Below are positions 1 to 12,000 of a DNA stretch of 64,000 bases, piece after piece; the stretch's first letter is position 1; each line of letters begins with the position of its first letter. The notes under the pieces were generated by a model. That model worked only from the letters and a program-made list of their open reading frames with translations. It was not told where the DNA came from and did no database searches. Made by a program: the position numbers and the translations under genes. The stretch covers positions 183,520,001-183,584,000 of the forward strand of contig OZ024741.1 of the NCBI GenBank assembly GCA_964016885.1, read 5' to 3'. This DNA is from Eledone cirrhosa (taxonomy: Eukaryota).

Positions 1-3000
1 TGGTGTTGATGGTGGCGTTGATGGTGTTGATGGTGGTGTTGTTGGTGTTGATGGTGGTGTTGTTGGTGTTGATGGTGGTGTTGTTGGTGTTGATGAAGGT
101 GTTGTTGGTGTTGATGGTGGTGTTGTTTGTGTTGATGGTGGTGTTGTTTGTGTTGATGGTGGTGTAGTTGGTGTTGATGGTGGTGTTGATGGTGTTGATG
201 GTGGTGTTGTTGGTGTTGATGGTGATGTTGTTGGTGTTGATGGTGGCGTAGATGGTGTTGATGGTGGCGTTGTTGGTGTTGATGAAGGTGTTGTTGGTGT
301 TGATGGTGGTATTATTTGTGTTGATGGTGGTGTTGTTGATGTTGATGGTGGTGTTGTTGGTGTTGATGGTGGTGTTGATGGTGTTGATGGTGGTGTTGTT
401 GGTGTTGATGGTGGTGTTGTTGGTGTTGATGGTGGTATTGTTGGTGTTGATGGTGGCGTTGTTGGTGTTAATGGTGGTGTCGTTGGTGTTGATGGTGGTG
501 GTGTTGGTGTTGATGGTGGTGTTGTTGGTGTTGATGGTGGTGTTGTTGGTGTTGATGGTGGTGTTGTTGGTGTTGATGGTGGTGTTGTTGGTGTTGATGG
601 TGGTGTTGTTGGTATTGATGGTGGCGTTGTTGGTGTTGATGGTGGTGTTGTTGGTGTTGATGGTGGCGTTGTTGGTGTTGATGGTGGTGTTGTTGGTGTT
701 GATGGTGGTGTTGTTGGTGTTGATGGTGGTGTTGTTGGTATTGATGGTGGTGTTGTTGGTGTTGATGGTGGTGTTGTTGGTGTTGATGGTGGTGTTGTTG
801 GTGTTGATGGTGGCGTTGTTGGTGTTGATGGTGGTGTTGTTGGTGTTGATGGTGGTGTTGTTGGTATTGATGGTGGTGTTGTTGGTGTTGATGGTGGTGT
901 TGTTGGTGTTGATGGTGGTGTTGTTGGTGTTGATGAAGGTGTTGTTGGTGTTGATGGTGGCGTTGTTGGTGTTGATGGTGGTGTTGTTGGTGTTGATGGT
1001 GGTGTTGTTGGTGTTGATGGTGGCGTTGTTGGTGTTGATAGTGGCGTCGTTGGTGTTGATGAAGGTGTTGTTGGTGTTGATGGTGGTGTTGTTTGTGTTG
1101 ATGGTGGCGTTGTTGGTGTTGATGGTGGTGTTGTTGGTGTTGATTGTGGCGTTGTTGGTGTTGATGGTGGCGTTGTTGGTGTTGATGGTGGTGTTGTTGG
1201 TGTTGATGGTGGTGTTGTTGGTGTTGATGGTGGCGTTGTTGGTGTTGATGGTGGTGTTGTTGGTGTTGATGGTGGTGTTGTTGGTGTTGATGGTGGTGTT
1301 GTTGGTATTGATGGTGGTGTTGTTGGTGTTGATGGTGGTGTTGTTTGTGTTGATGCTTGTGTTGTCGTTACTGATGGTGGTGTTGTTGGTGTTGATGGTG
1401 GTGTTGTTGGTGTTGATGGTGGTGTCGTTGTTGGTGTTGATGGTGGCGTTGTTGGTGTTGATGCAGGTGTTGTCGGTGTTGATGGTGGTGTTGTTGGTGT
1501 TGATGGTGGTGTTGTTGGTATTGATGGTGGTGTTGTTGGTGTTGATAGTGGTGTTGTTGGTGTTGATGGTGGTGTTATTAGTGTTGATGGTGGTGTTTTT
1601 GGTGTTGATGGTGGCGTTGTTGGTGTTGATGGTGGCGTTGTTGGTGTTGATGGTGGCGTTGTTGGTGTTGATGGTGGCGTTGTTGGTGTTGATGGTGGTG
1701 TTGTTGGTGTTGATGGTGGTGTTGTTGGTGTTGATGGTGGTGTTGTTGGTGTTGATGGTGGTGTTGTTGGTATTGATGGTGGCGTTGTAGGTGTTGATGG
1801 TGGTGTTGTTGGTGTTGATGGTGGTGTTGTTGGTGTTGATGCTGGTGTTGTCGGTGTTGATGGTGGTGTTGTTGGTGTTGATGGTGGCGTTGTTGGTGTT
1901 GATGGTGGCGTTGTTGGTGTTGATGGTGGTGTTGTTGGTGTTGATGGTGGTGTTGTTGGTGTTGATGGTGGTGTTGTTGGTATTGATGGTGGTGTTGTTG
2001 GTGTTGATGGTGGTGTTGTTGGTGTTGATGCTGGTGTTGTCGGTGTTGATGGTGGTGTTGTTGGTGTTGATGGTGGTGTTGTTGGTGTTGATGTTGGTGT
2101 TGGTGTTGATGGTGGTGTTGTTGATGTTGATGGTGGCGTTGTTTGTGTTGATGGTGGTGTTGTTGGTGTTGATGGTGGTGTTGTTGGTGTTGATGCTGGT
2201 GTTGTCGGTGTTGATGGTGGTTTTGTTGGTGTTGATGGTGGTGTTGTTGGTGTTGATGGTGGCGTTGTTGGTGTTGATGGTGGTGTTGTTGGTGTTGATG
2301 GTGGCGTTGTTTGTGTTGATGGTGGTGTTGTTGGTGTTGATGGTGGTGTTGTTGGTATTGATGGTGGTGTTGTTGGTATTGATGGTGGTGTTGTTGGTGT
2401 TGATGGTGTTGTTGTTGGTGTTGATGGTGGTATCGTTGGTGTAGATGGTGCTGTCGTTGTTGTTGATGGTGGCGTTGTTGGTGTTGATGGTGGCGTTGTT
2501 GGTGTTGATGGTGGTGTTGTTGGTGTTGATGGTGGTGTTGTTGGTGTTGATGGTGGCGTTGTTGGTATTGATGGTGGCCTTTGTTGGTGTTGATGGTGGT
2601 GTTGTTGGTGTTGATGGTGGTGTTGTTGGTGTTGATGGTGGCGTTGTTGGTGTTGATGGTGGCGTTGTTGGTGTTGATGGTGGTGTTGTTGGTGTTTAAG
2701 GTGGTGCTGTTGGTGTTGATGGTGGTGTTGTTGGTGTTGATGGTGGTGTTGTTGGTGTTGATGGTGGTGTTGTTGGTGTTGATGGTGGTGTTGTTGGTGT
2801 TGATGGTGGCGTTGTTGGTGTTGATGGTGGTGTTGTTGGTGTTGATGGTGGTGTTGTTGGTGTTGATGGTGGCGTTGTTGGTGTTGATGGTGGTGTTGTT
2901 GGTGTTGATGGTGGCGTTATTGGTGTTGATGGTGGTGTTGTTGGTGTTGATGGTGGCGTTGTTGGTGTTGATGGTGGTGTTGTTGGTGTTGATGGTGGTG

Positions 3001-6000
3001 TTATTGGTGTTGATGGTGGTGTTGTTGGTGTTGATGGTGGCGTTATTGGTGTTGATGGTGGTGTTGTTGGTGTTGATGGTGGTGTTGTTGGTGTTGATGG
3101 TGGCGTTATTGGTGTTGATGGTGGCGTTGTTGGTGTTGATGGTGGTGTTGTTGGTGTTGATGGTGGCGTTGTTGGTGTTGATGGTGGCGTTGTTGGTGTT
3201 GATGGTGTGGATGGTGGCGTTGTTGGTGTTGATGGAGGTGTTGTTGGTGTTGATGGTGGTGTTGTCGGTGTTGATGGTGGCGTTGTCGGTGTTGATGGTG
3301 GTGTTGTTGGTGTTGATGGTGGTGTTGTTGGTGTTGATGGTGGCGTTATTGGTGTTGATGGTGGCGTTGTTGGTGTTGATGGTGGTGTTGTTGGTGTTGA
3401 TGGTGCTGTTGTTGGTGTTGATGGTGGTGTTGTTGGTGTTGATGGTGGCGTTGTTGGTGTTGATGGTGGTGTTGTTGGTGTTGATGGTGGTGTTGTTGGT
3501 GTTGATGGTGGTGTTGTTGGTGTCGATGGTGGTGTTGTTGGTGTTGATGGTGGTGTTGTTGGTGTTGATGGTGGTGTTGTTGGTGTTGATGGTGGTGTTG
3601 TTGGTGTTGATGAAGGTGTTGTTGGTGTTGATGTTGGTGTTGTTGGTGTTGAAGGTGGTGTTGTTGGTGTTGATGGTGGTGTTGTTGGTGTTGATGGTGG
3701 CGTTGTTGGTGTTGATGGTGGTGTTGTTGGTGTTGATGGTGGCGTTGTTGGTGTTGATGGTGGTGTTGTTGGTGTTGATGGTGGTGTTGTTGGTGTTGAT
3801 GGTGGCGTTGTTGGTGTTGATGGTGGTGTTGTTGGTGTTGATGGTGGCGTTGTTGGTGTTGATGGTGGCTCTGGTGTTGATGGTGGTGTTGTTGGTGTTG
3901 ATGGTGGCGTTGTTTGTGTTGATGGTGGTGTTGTTGGTGTTGATGGTGGTGTTGTTGGTATTGATGGTGGCGTTGTTGGTGTTGTTGGTGGTGTTGTTGG
4001 TGTTGATGGTGGTGTTGTTGGTGTTGATGGTGGTGTTGTTGGTGTTGATGGTGGCGTTGTTTGTGTTGTTGGTGGTGTTGTTGGTGTTGATGGTGGTGTT
4101 GCTGGTGTTGATGGTGGTGTTGTTTGTGTTGATGGTGGTGTTGTTGGTGTTGATGGTGGCGTTGTTGGTGTTGATGGTGGTGTTGTTGGTGTTGATGGTG
4201 GTGTTGTTGGTGTTGATGGTGGTGTTGTTGGTGTTGATGGTCGCGTTGTTGGTGTTGAAGGTGGTGTTGTTGGTGTTGATGGTGGTGTCGTTGTTGTTGA
4301 TGGTGGTGTTGTTGGTGTTAATGGTGGTGTTGTTGGTGTTGATGGTGGTGTTGTTGGTGTTGATGGTGGTGTTGTTGATGTTAATGGTGGTGTTGTTGGT
4401 GTTGATGGTGGTGTTGTTGGTGTTGATGGTGGTGTTGTTGATGTTGATGGTGGTGTTGTTGGTGTTGATGGTGGTGTTGTTGGTGTTGATGGTGGTGTTG
4501 TTCGTGTTGATGGTGGTGTTATTAGTGTTGATGGTGATGATGTTGGTGTTGATGGTGGCGTTGTTGGTGTTGATGGAGTTGTTATTGGTGTTGATGGTGG
4601 TGTTGTTGGTGTTGATGGTGGCGTTATTGGTGTTGATGGTGGTGTTGTTGGTGTTGATGGTGGCGTTGTTGGTGTTGATGGTGGTATTGTTGGTGTTGAT
4701 GGTGGTGTTGTTGGTGTTGATGGTGGCGTTGTTGGTGTTGATGGTGGTGTTGTTGGTGTTGATGAAGGTGTTGTTGGTGTTGATGGTGGTATTGTCGGTG
4801 TTGATGGTGGCGTTGTCGGTGTTGATGGTGGTGTTGTTGGTGTTGATGGTGGTGTTGTTGGTGTTGATGGTGGCGTTGTTGGTGTTGATGGTGGCGTTAT
4901 TGGTGTTGATGGTGGCGTTGTTGGTGTTGATGGTGGTGTTGTTGGTGTTGATGGTGGCGTTGTTGGTGTTGATGGTGGTGTTGTTGGTGTCGATGGTGGT
5001 GTTGTTGGTGTTGATGGTGGTGTTGTTGGTGTTGATGGTGGTGTTGTTGGTGTTGATGGTGGTGTTGTTGGTGTTGATGAAGGTGTTGTTGGTGTTGATG
5101 TTGGTGTTGTTGGTGTTGATGGTGGTGTTGTTGGTGTTGATGGTGGCGTTGTTGGTGTTGATGGTGGTGTTGTTGGTGTTGATGGTGGTGTTGTTGGTGT
5201 TGATGGTGGCGTTGTTGGTGTTGATGGTGGTGTTGTTAGTGTTGATGGTGGCGTTGTTGGTGTTGATGGTGGTGTTGTTGGTGTTGATGGTGGCGTTGTT
5301 GGTGTTGATGGTGGCGTTGTTGGTGTTGATGGTGGTGTTGTTGATGCTGGTGTTGTTGGTGTTGATGGTGCCGTTGTTGGTGTTGATGGTGGTGTTGTTG
5401 GTGTTGATGGTGGTGTTGTTGGTATTGATGGTGGCTCTGGTGTTGATGGTGGTGTTGTTCGTGTTGATGGTGGCGTTGTTTGTGTTGATGGTGGTGTTGT
5501 TGGTGTTGATGGTGGTGTTGTTGGTATTGATGGTGGCGTTGTTGGTGTTGTTGGTGGTGTTGTTGGTGTTGATGGTGGTGTTGTTGGTGTTGATGGTGGT
5601 GTTGTTTGTGTTGATGGTGGCGTTGTTTGTGTTGTTGGTGGTGTTATTGGTGTTGATGGTGGTGTTGTTGGTGTTGATGGTGGTGTTGTTGGTGTTGATG
5701 GTGGTGTTGTTGGTATTGATGGTGGCTCTGGTGTTGATGGTGGCGTTGTTGGTGTTGATGGTGGTGTTGTTGGTGTTGATGGTGGTGTTGTTGGTGTTGA
5801 TGGTCGCGTTGTTGGTGTTGAAGGTGGTGTTGTTGGTGTTGATGGTGGTGTCGTTGTTGTTGATGGTGGTGTTGTTGGTATTGATGGTGGTGTTGTTGGT
5901 GTTGATGGTGGTGTTGTTGATGTTGATGGTGGTGTTGTTGGTGTTGATGGTGGTGTTGTTGGTGTTGATGGTGGTGTTGTTGGTGTTGATGGTGGTGTTA

Positions 6001-9000
6001 TTAGTGTTGATGGTGGTGTTGTTGGTGTTGATGGTGGCGTTGTTGGTGTTGATGGTGGTGTTGTTGGTGTTGATGCTGGCGTTGTTGGTGTTGATGGTGG
6101 TGTTGTTGGTGTTGATGGTGGTGTTATTAGTGTTGATGGTGGTGTTGTTGGTGTTGATGGTGGCGTTGTTGGTGTTGATGGTGGTGTTGTTGGTGTTGAT
6201 GTTGGTGTTGTTGGTGTTGATGGTGGTGTTGTTGGTGTTGATGGTGGCGTTATTGGTGTTGATGGTGGCGTTGTTGGTGTTGATGGTGGTGTTGTTGGTG
6301 TTGACGGTGGTGTTGTTGGTGTTGATGGTGCTGTTGTTGGTGTTGATGGTGGTGTTGTTGGTGTTGATGGTGGCGTTGTTGGTGTTGATGGTGTTGATGG
6401 TGGCGTTGTTGGTGTTGATGGAGGTGTTGTTGGTGTTGATGGTGGTGTTGTCGGTGTTGATGGTGGCGTTGTCGGTGTTGATGGTGGTGTTGTTGGTGTT
6501 GATGGTGGTGTTGTTGGTGTTGATGGTGGCGTTATTGGTGTTGATGGTGGCGTTGTTGGTGTTGATGGTGGTGTTGTTGGTGTTGATGGTGCTGTTGTTG
6601 GTGTTGATGGTGGTGTTGTTGGTGTTGATGGTGGCGTTGTTGGTGTTGATGGTGGTGTTGTTGGTGTTGATGGTGGTGTTGTTGGTGTTGATGGTGGTGT
6701 TGTTGGTGTCGATGGTGGTGTTGTTGGTGTTGATGGTGGTGTTGTTGGTGTTGATGGTGGTGTTGTTGGTGTTGATGGTGGTGTTGTTGGTGTTGATGAA
6801 GGTGTTGTTGGTGTTGATGTTGGTGTTGTTGGTGTTGAAGGTGGTGTTGTTGGTGTTGATGGTGGCGTTGTTGGTGTTGATGGTGGCGTTGTTGGTGTTG
6901 ATGGTGGTGTTGTTGGTGTTGATGGTGGCGTTGTTGGTGTTGATGGTGGTGTTGTTGGTGTTGATGGTGGTGTTGTTGGTGTTGATGGTGGCGTTGTTGG
7001 TGTTGATGGTGGTGTTGTTGGTGTTGATGGTGGCGTTGTTGGTGTTGATGGTGGCTCTGGTGTTGATGCTGGTGTTGTTGGTGTTGATGGTGGCGTTGTT
7101 TGTGTTGATGGTGGTGTTGTTGGTGTTGATGGTGGTGTTGTTGGTATTGATGGTGGCGTTGTTGGTGTTGTTGGTGGTGTTGTTGGTGTTGATGGTGGTG
7201 TTGTTGGTGTTGATGGTGGTGTTGTTGGTATTGATGGTGGCTCTGGTGTTGATGGTGGTGTTGTTCGTGTTGATGGTGGCGTTGTTTGTGTTGATGGTGG
7301 TGTTGTTGGTGTTGATGGTGGTGTTGTTGGTATTGATGGTGGCGTTGTTGGTGTTGTTGGTGGTGTTGTTGGTGTTGATGGTGGTGTTGTTGGTGTTGAT
7401 GGTGGTGTTGTTTGTGTTGATGGTGGCGTTGTTTGTGTTGTTGGTGGTGTTATTGGTGTTGATGGTGGTGTTGTTGGTGTTGATGGTGGTGTTGTTGGTG
7501 TTGATGGTGGTGTTGTTGGTATTGATGGTGGCTCTGGTGTTGATGGTGGCGTTGTTGGTGTTGATGGTGGTGTTGTTGGTGTTGATGGTGGTGTTGTTGG
7601 TGTTGATGGTCGCGTTGTTGGTGTTGAAGGTGGTGTTGTTGGTGTTGATGGTGGTGTCGTTGTTGTTGATGGTGGTGTTGTTGGTATTGATGGTGGTGTT
7701 GTTGGTGTTGATGGTGGTGTTGTTGATGTTGATGGTGGTGTTGTTGGTGTTGATGGTGGTGTTGTTGGTGTTGATGGTGGTGTTGTTGGTGTTGATGGTG
7801 GTGTTATTAGTGTTGATGGTGGTGTTGTTGGTGTTGATGGTGGCGTTGTTGGTGTTGATGGTGGTGTTGTTGGTGTTGATGCTGGCGTTGTTGGTGTTGA
7901 TGGTGGTGTTGTTGGTGTTGATGGTGGTGTTATTAGTGTTGATGGTGGTGTTGTTGGTGTTGATGGTGGCGTTGTTGGTGTTGATGGTGGTGTTGTTGGT
8001 GTTGATGTTGGTGTTGTTGGTGTTGATGGTGGTGTTGTTGGTGTTGATGGTGGCGTTATTGGTGTTGATGGTGGCGTTGTTGGTGTTGATGGTGGTGTTG
8101 TTGGTGTTGATGGTGGTGTTGTTGGTGTTGATGGTGCTGTTGTTGGTGTTGATGGTGGTGTTGTTGGTGTTGATGGTGGCGTTGTTGGTGTTGATGGTGT
8201 TGATGGTGGCGTTGTTGGTGTTGATGGAGGTGTTGTTGGTGTTGATGGTGGTGTTGTCGGTGTTGATGGTGGCGTTGTCGGTGTTGATGGTGGTGTTGTT
8301 GGTGTTGATGGTGGTGTTGTTGGTGTTGATGGTGGCGTTATTGGTGTTGATGGTGGCGTTGTTGGTGTTGATGGTGGTGTTGTTGGTGTTGATGGTGCTG
8401 TTGTTGGTGTTGATGGTGGTGTTGTTGGTGTTGATGGTGGCGTTGTTGGTGTTGATGGTGGTGTTGTTGGTGTTGATGGTGGTGTTGTTGGTGTTGATGG
8501 TGGTGTTGTTGGTGTCGATGGTGGTGTTGTTGGTGTTGATGGTGGTGTTGTTGGTGTTGATGGTGGTGTTGTTGGTGTTGATGGTGGTGTTGTTGGTGTT
8601 GATGAAGGTGTTGTTGGTGTTGATGTTGGTGTTGTTGGTGTTGAAGGTGGTGTTGTTGGTGTTGATGGTGGCGTTGTTGGTGTTGATGGTGGCGTTGTTG
8701 GTGTTGATGGTGGTGTTGTTGGTGTTGATGGTGGCGTTGTTGGTGTTGATGGTGGTGTTGTTGGTGTTGATGGTGGTGTTGTTGGTGTTGATGGTGGCGT
8801 TGTTGGTGTTGATGGTGGTGTTGTTGGTGTTGATGGTGGCGTTGTTGGTGTTGATGATGGCTCTGGTGTTGATGCTGGTGTTGTTGGTGTTGATGGTGGC
8901 GTTGTTTGTGTTGATGGTGGTGTTGTTGGTGTTGATGGTGGTGTTGTTGGTATTGATGGTGGCGTTGTTGGTGTTGTTGGTGGTGTTGTTGGTGTTGATG

Positions 9001-12000
9001 GTGGTGTTGTTGGTGTTGATGGTGGTGTTGTTGGTGTTGATGGTGGCGTTGTTTGTGTTGTTGGTGGTGTTGTTGGTGTTGATGGTGGTGTTGCTGGTGT
9101 TGATGGTGGTGTTGTTTGTGTTGATGGTGGTGTTGTTGGTGTTGATGGTGGCGTTGTTGGTGTTGATGGTGGTGTTGTTGGTGTTGATGGTGGTGTTGTT
9201 GGTGTTGATGGTGGTGTTGTTGGTGTTGATGGTCGCGTTGTTGGTGTTGAAGGTGGTGTTGTTGGTGTTGATGGTGGTGTCGTTGTTGTTGATGGTGGTG
9301 TTGTTGGTGTTAATGGTGGTGTTGTTGGTGTTGATGGTGGTGTTGTTGGTGTTGATGGTGGTGTTGTTGATGTTAATGGTGGTGTTGTTGGTGTTGATGG
9401 TGGTGTTGTTGGTGTTGATGGTGGTGTTGTTGATGTTGATGGTGGTGTTGTTGGTGTTGATGGTGGTGTTGTTGGTGTTGATGGTGGTGTTGTTCGTGTT
9501 GATGGTGGTGTTATTAGTGTTGATGGTGGTGATGTTGGTGTTGATGGTGGCGTTGTTGGTGTTGATGGAGTTGTTATTGGTGTTGATGGTGGTGTTGTTG
9601 GTGTTGATGGTGGCGTTATTGGTGTTGATGGTGGTTTTGTTGGTGTTGATGGTGGCGTTGTTGGTGTTGATGGTGGTGTTGTTGGTGTTGATGGTGGTGT
9701 TGTTGGTGTTGATGGTGGCGTTGTTGGTGTTGATGGTGGTGTTGTTGGTGTTGATGAAGGTGTTGTTGGTGTTGATGGTGGTATTGTCGGTGTTGATGGT
9801 GGCGTTGTCGGTGTTGATGGTGGTGTTGTTGGTGTTGATGGTGGTGTTGTTGGTGTTGATGGTGGCGTTGTTGGTGTTGATGGTGGCGTTATTGGTGTTG
9901 ATGGTGGCGTTGTTGGTGTTGATGGTGGTGTTGTTGGTGTTGATGGTGGCGTTGTTGGTGTTGATGGTGGTGTTGTTGGTGTTGATGAAGGTGTTGTTGG
10001 TGTTGATGGTGGTATTGTCGGTGTTGATGGTGGCGTTGTCGGTGTTGATGGTGGTGTTGTTGGTGTTGATGGTGGTGTTGTTGGTGTTGATGGTGGCGTT
10101 ATTGGTGTTGATGGTGGCGTTGTTGGTGTTGATGGTCGTGTTGTTGGTGTTGATGGTGCTGTTGTTGGTGTTGATGGTGGTGTTGTTTGTGTTGATGGTG
10201 GTGTTGTTTGTGTTGATGGTGGCGTTGTTGCTGTTGATGGTGGTGTTGTCGGTGTTGATGGTGGTGTTGTTGGTGTTGATGGTGGTGTTGTTGGTGTCGA
10301 TGGTGGTGTTGTTGGTGTTGATGGTGGTGTTGTTGGTGTTGATGGTGGTGTTGTTGGTGTTGATGGTGGTGTTGTTGGTGTTGATGAAGGTGTTGTTGGT
10401 GTTGATGTTGGTGTTGTTGGTGTTGATGGTGGTGTTGTTGGTGTTGATGGTGGCGTTGTTGGTGTTGATGGTGGTGTTGTTGGTGTTGATGGTGGTGTTG
10501 TTGGTGTTGATGGTGGCGTTGTTGGTGTTGATGGTGGTGTTGTTAGTGTTGATGGTGGCGTTGTTGGTGTTGATGGTGGTGTTGTTGGTGTTGATGGTGG
10601 CGTTGTTGGTGTTGATGGTGGCGTTGTTGGTGTTGATGGTGGTGTTGTTGATGCTGGTGTTGTTGGTGTTGATGGTGCCGTTGTTGGTGTTGATGGTGGT
10701 GTTGTTGGTGTTGATGGTGGTGTTGATGGTATTGATGGTGGCTCTGGTGTTGATGGTGGCGTTGTTGGTGTTGATGGTGGTGTTGTTTGTGTTGATGGTG
10801 GTGTTGTTGGTGTTGATGGTGGTGTTGTTGGTATTGATGGTGGCGTTGTTGGTGTTGTTGGTGGTGTTGTTGGTGTTGATGGTGGTGTTGTTGGTGTTGA
10901 TGGTGGTGTTGTTGGTGTTGATGGTGGTGTTGTTGGTGTTGATGGTGGTGTTGTTGGTATTGATGGTGGCTCTGGTGTTGATGGTGGCGTTGTTGGTGTT
11001 GATGGTGGTATTGTTGGTGTTGATGGTGGTGTTGTTGGTGTTGATGGTCGCGTTGTTGGTGTTGAAGGTGGTGTTGTTGGTGTTGATGGTGGTGTTGTTG
11101 GTGTTGATGGTGGTGTTGTTGGTGTTGATGGTGGTGTTGTTGATGTTGATGGTGGTGTTGTTGGTGTTGATGGTGGTGTTGTTGGTGTTGATGGTGGTGT
11201 TGTTGGTGTTGATGGTGGCGTTGTTGGTGTTGATGGTGGTGTTGTTAGTGTTGATGGTGGCGTTGTTGGTGTTGATGGTGGTGTTGTTGGTGTTGATGGT
11301 GGCGTTGTTGGTGTTGATGGTGGCGTTGTTGGTGTTGATGGTGGTGTTGTTGATGCTGGTGTTGTTGGTGTTGATGGTGCCGTTGTTGGTGTTGATGGTG
11401 GTGTTGTTGGTGTTGATGGTGGTGTTGTTGGTATTGATGGTGGCTCTGGTGTTGATGGTGGCGTTGTTGGTGTTGATGGTGGTGTTGTTTGTGTTGATGG
11501 TGGTGTTGTTGGTGTTGATGGTGGTGTTATTAGTGTTGATGGTGGTGTTGTTGGTGTTGATGGTGGCGTTGTTGGTGTTGATGGTGGTGTTGTTGGTGTT
11601 GATGCTGGCGTTGTTGGTGTTGATGGTGGTGTTGTTGGTGTTGATGGTGGTGTTATTAGTGTTGATGGTGGTGTTGTTGGTGTTGATGGTGGCGTTGTTG
11701 GTGTTGATGGTGGTGTTGTTGGTGTTGATGTTGGTGTTGTTGGTGTTGATGGTGGTGTTGTTGGTGTTGATGGTGGCGTTGTTGGTGTTGATGGTGGCGT
11801 TGTTGGTGTTGATGCTGGTGTTGTTGGTGTTGATGCTGGTGTTGTTGGTGTTGATGGTGGTGTTGTTGGTGTTGATGGTGGTGTTGTTGGTGTTGATGGT
11901 GGTGTCGTTGTTGTTGATGGTGGTGTTGTTGGTGTTGATGGTGGTGTTGTTGGTGTTGATGGTGGTGTTGTTGGTGTTGATGGTGGCGTTGTTGGTGTTG

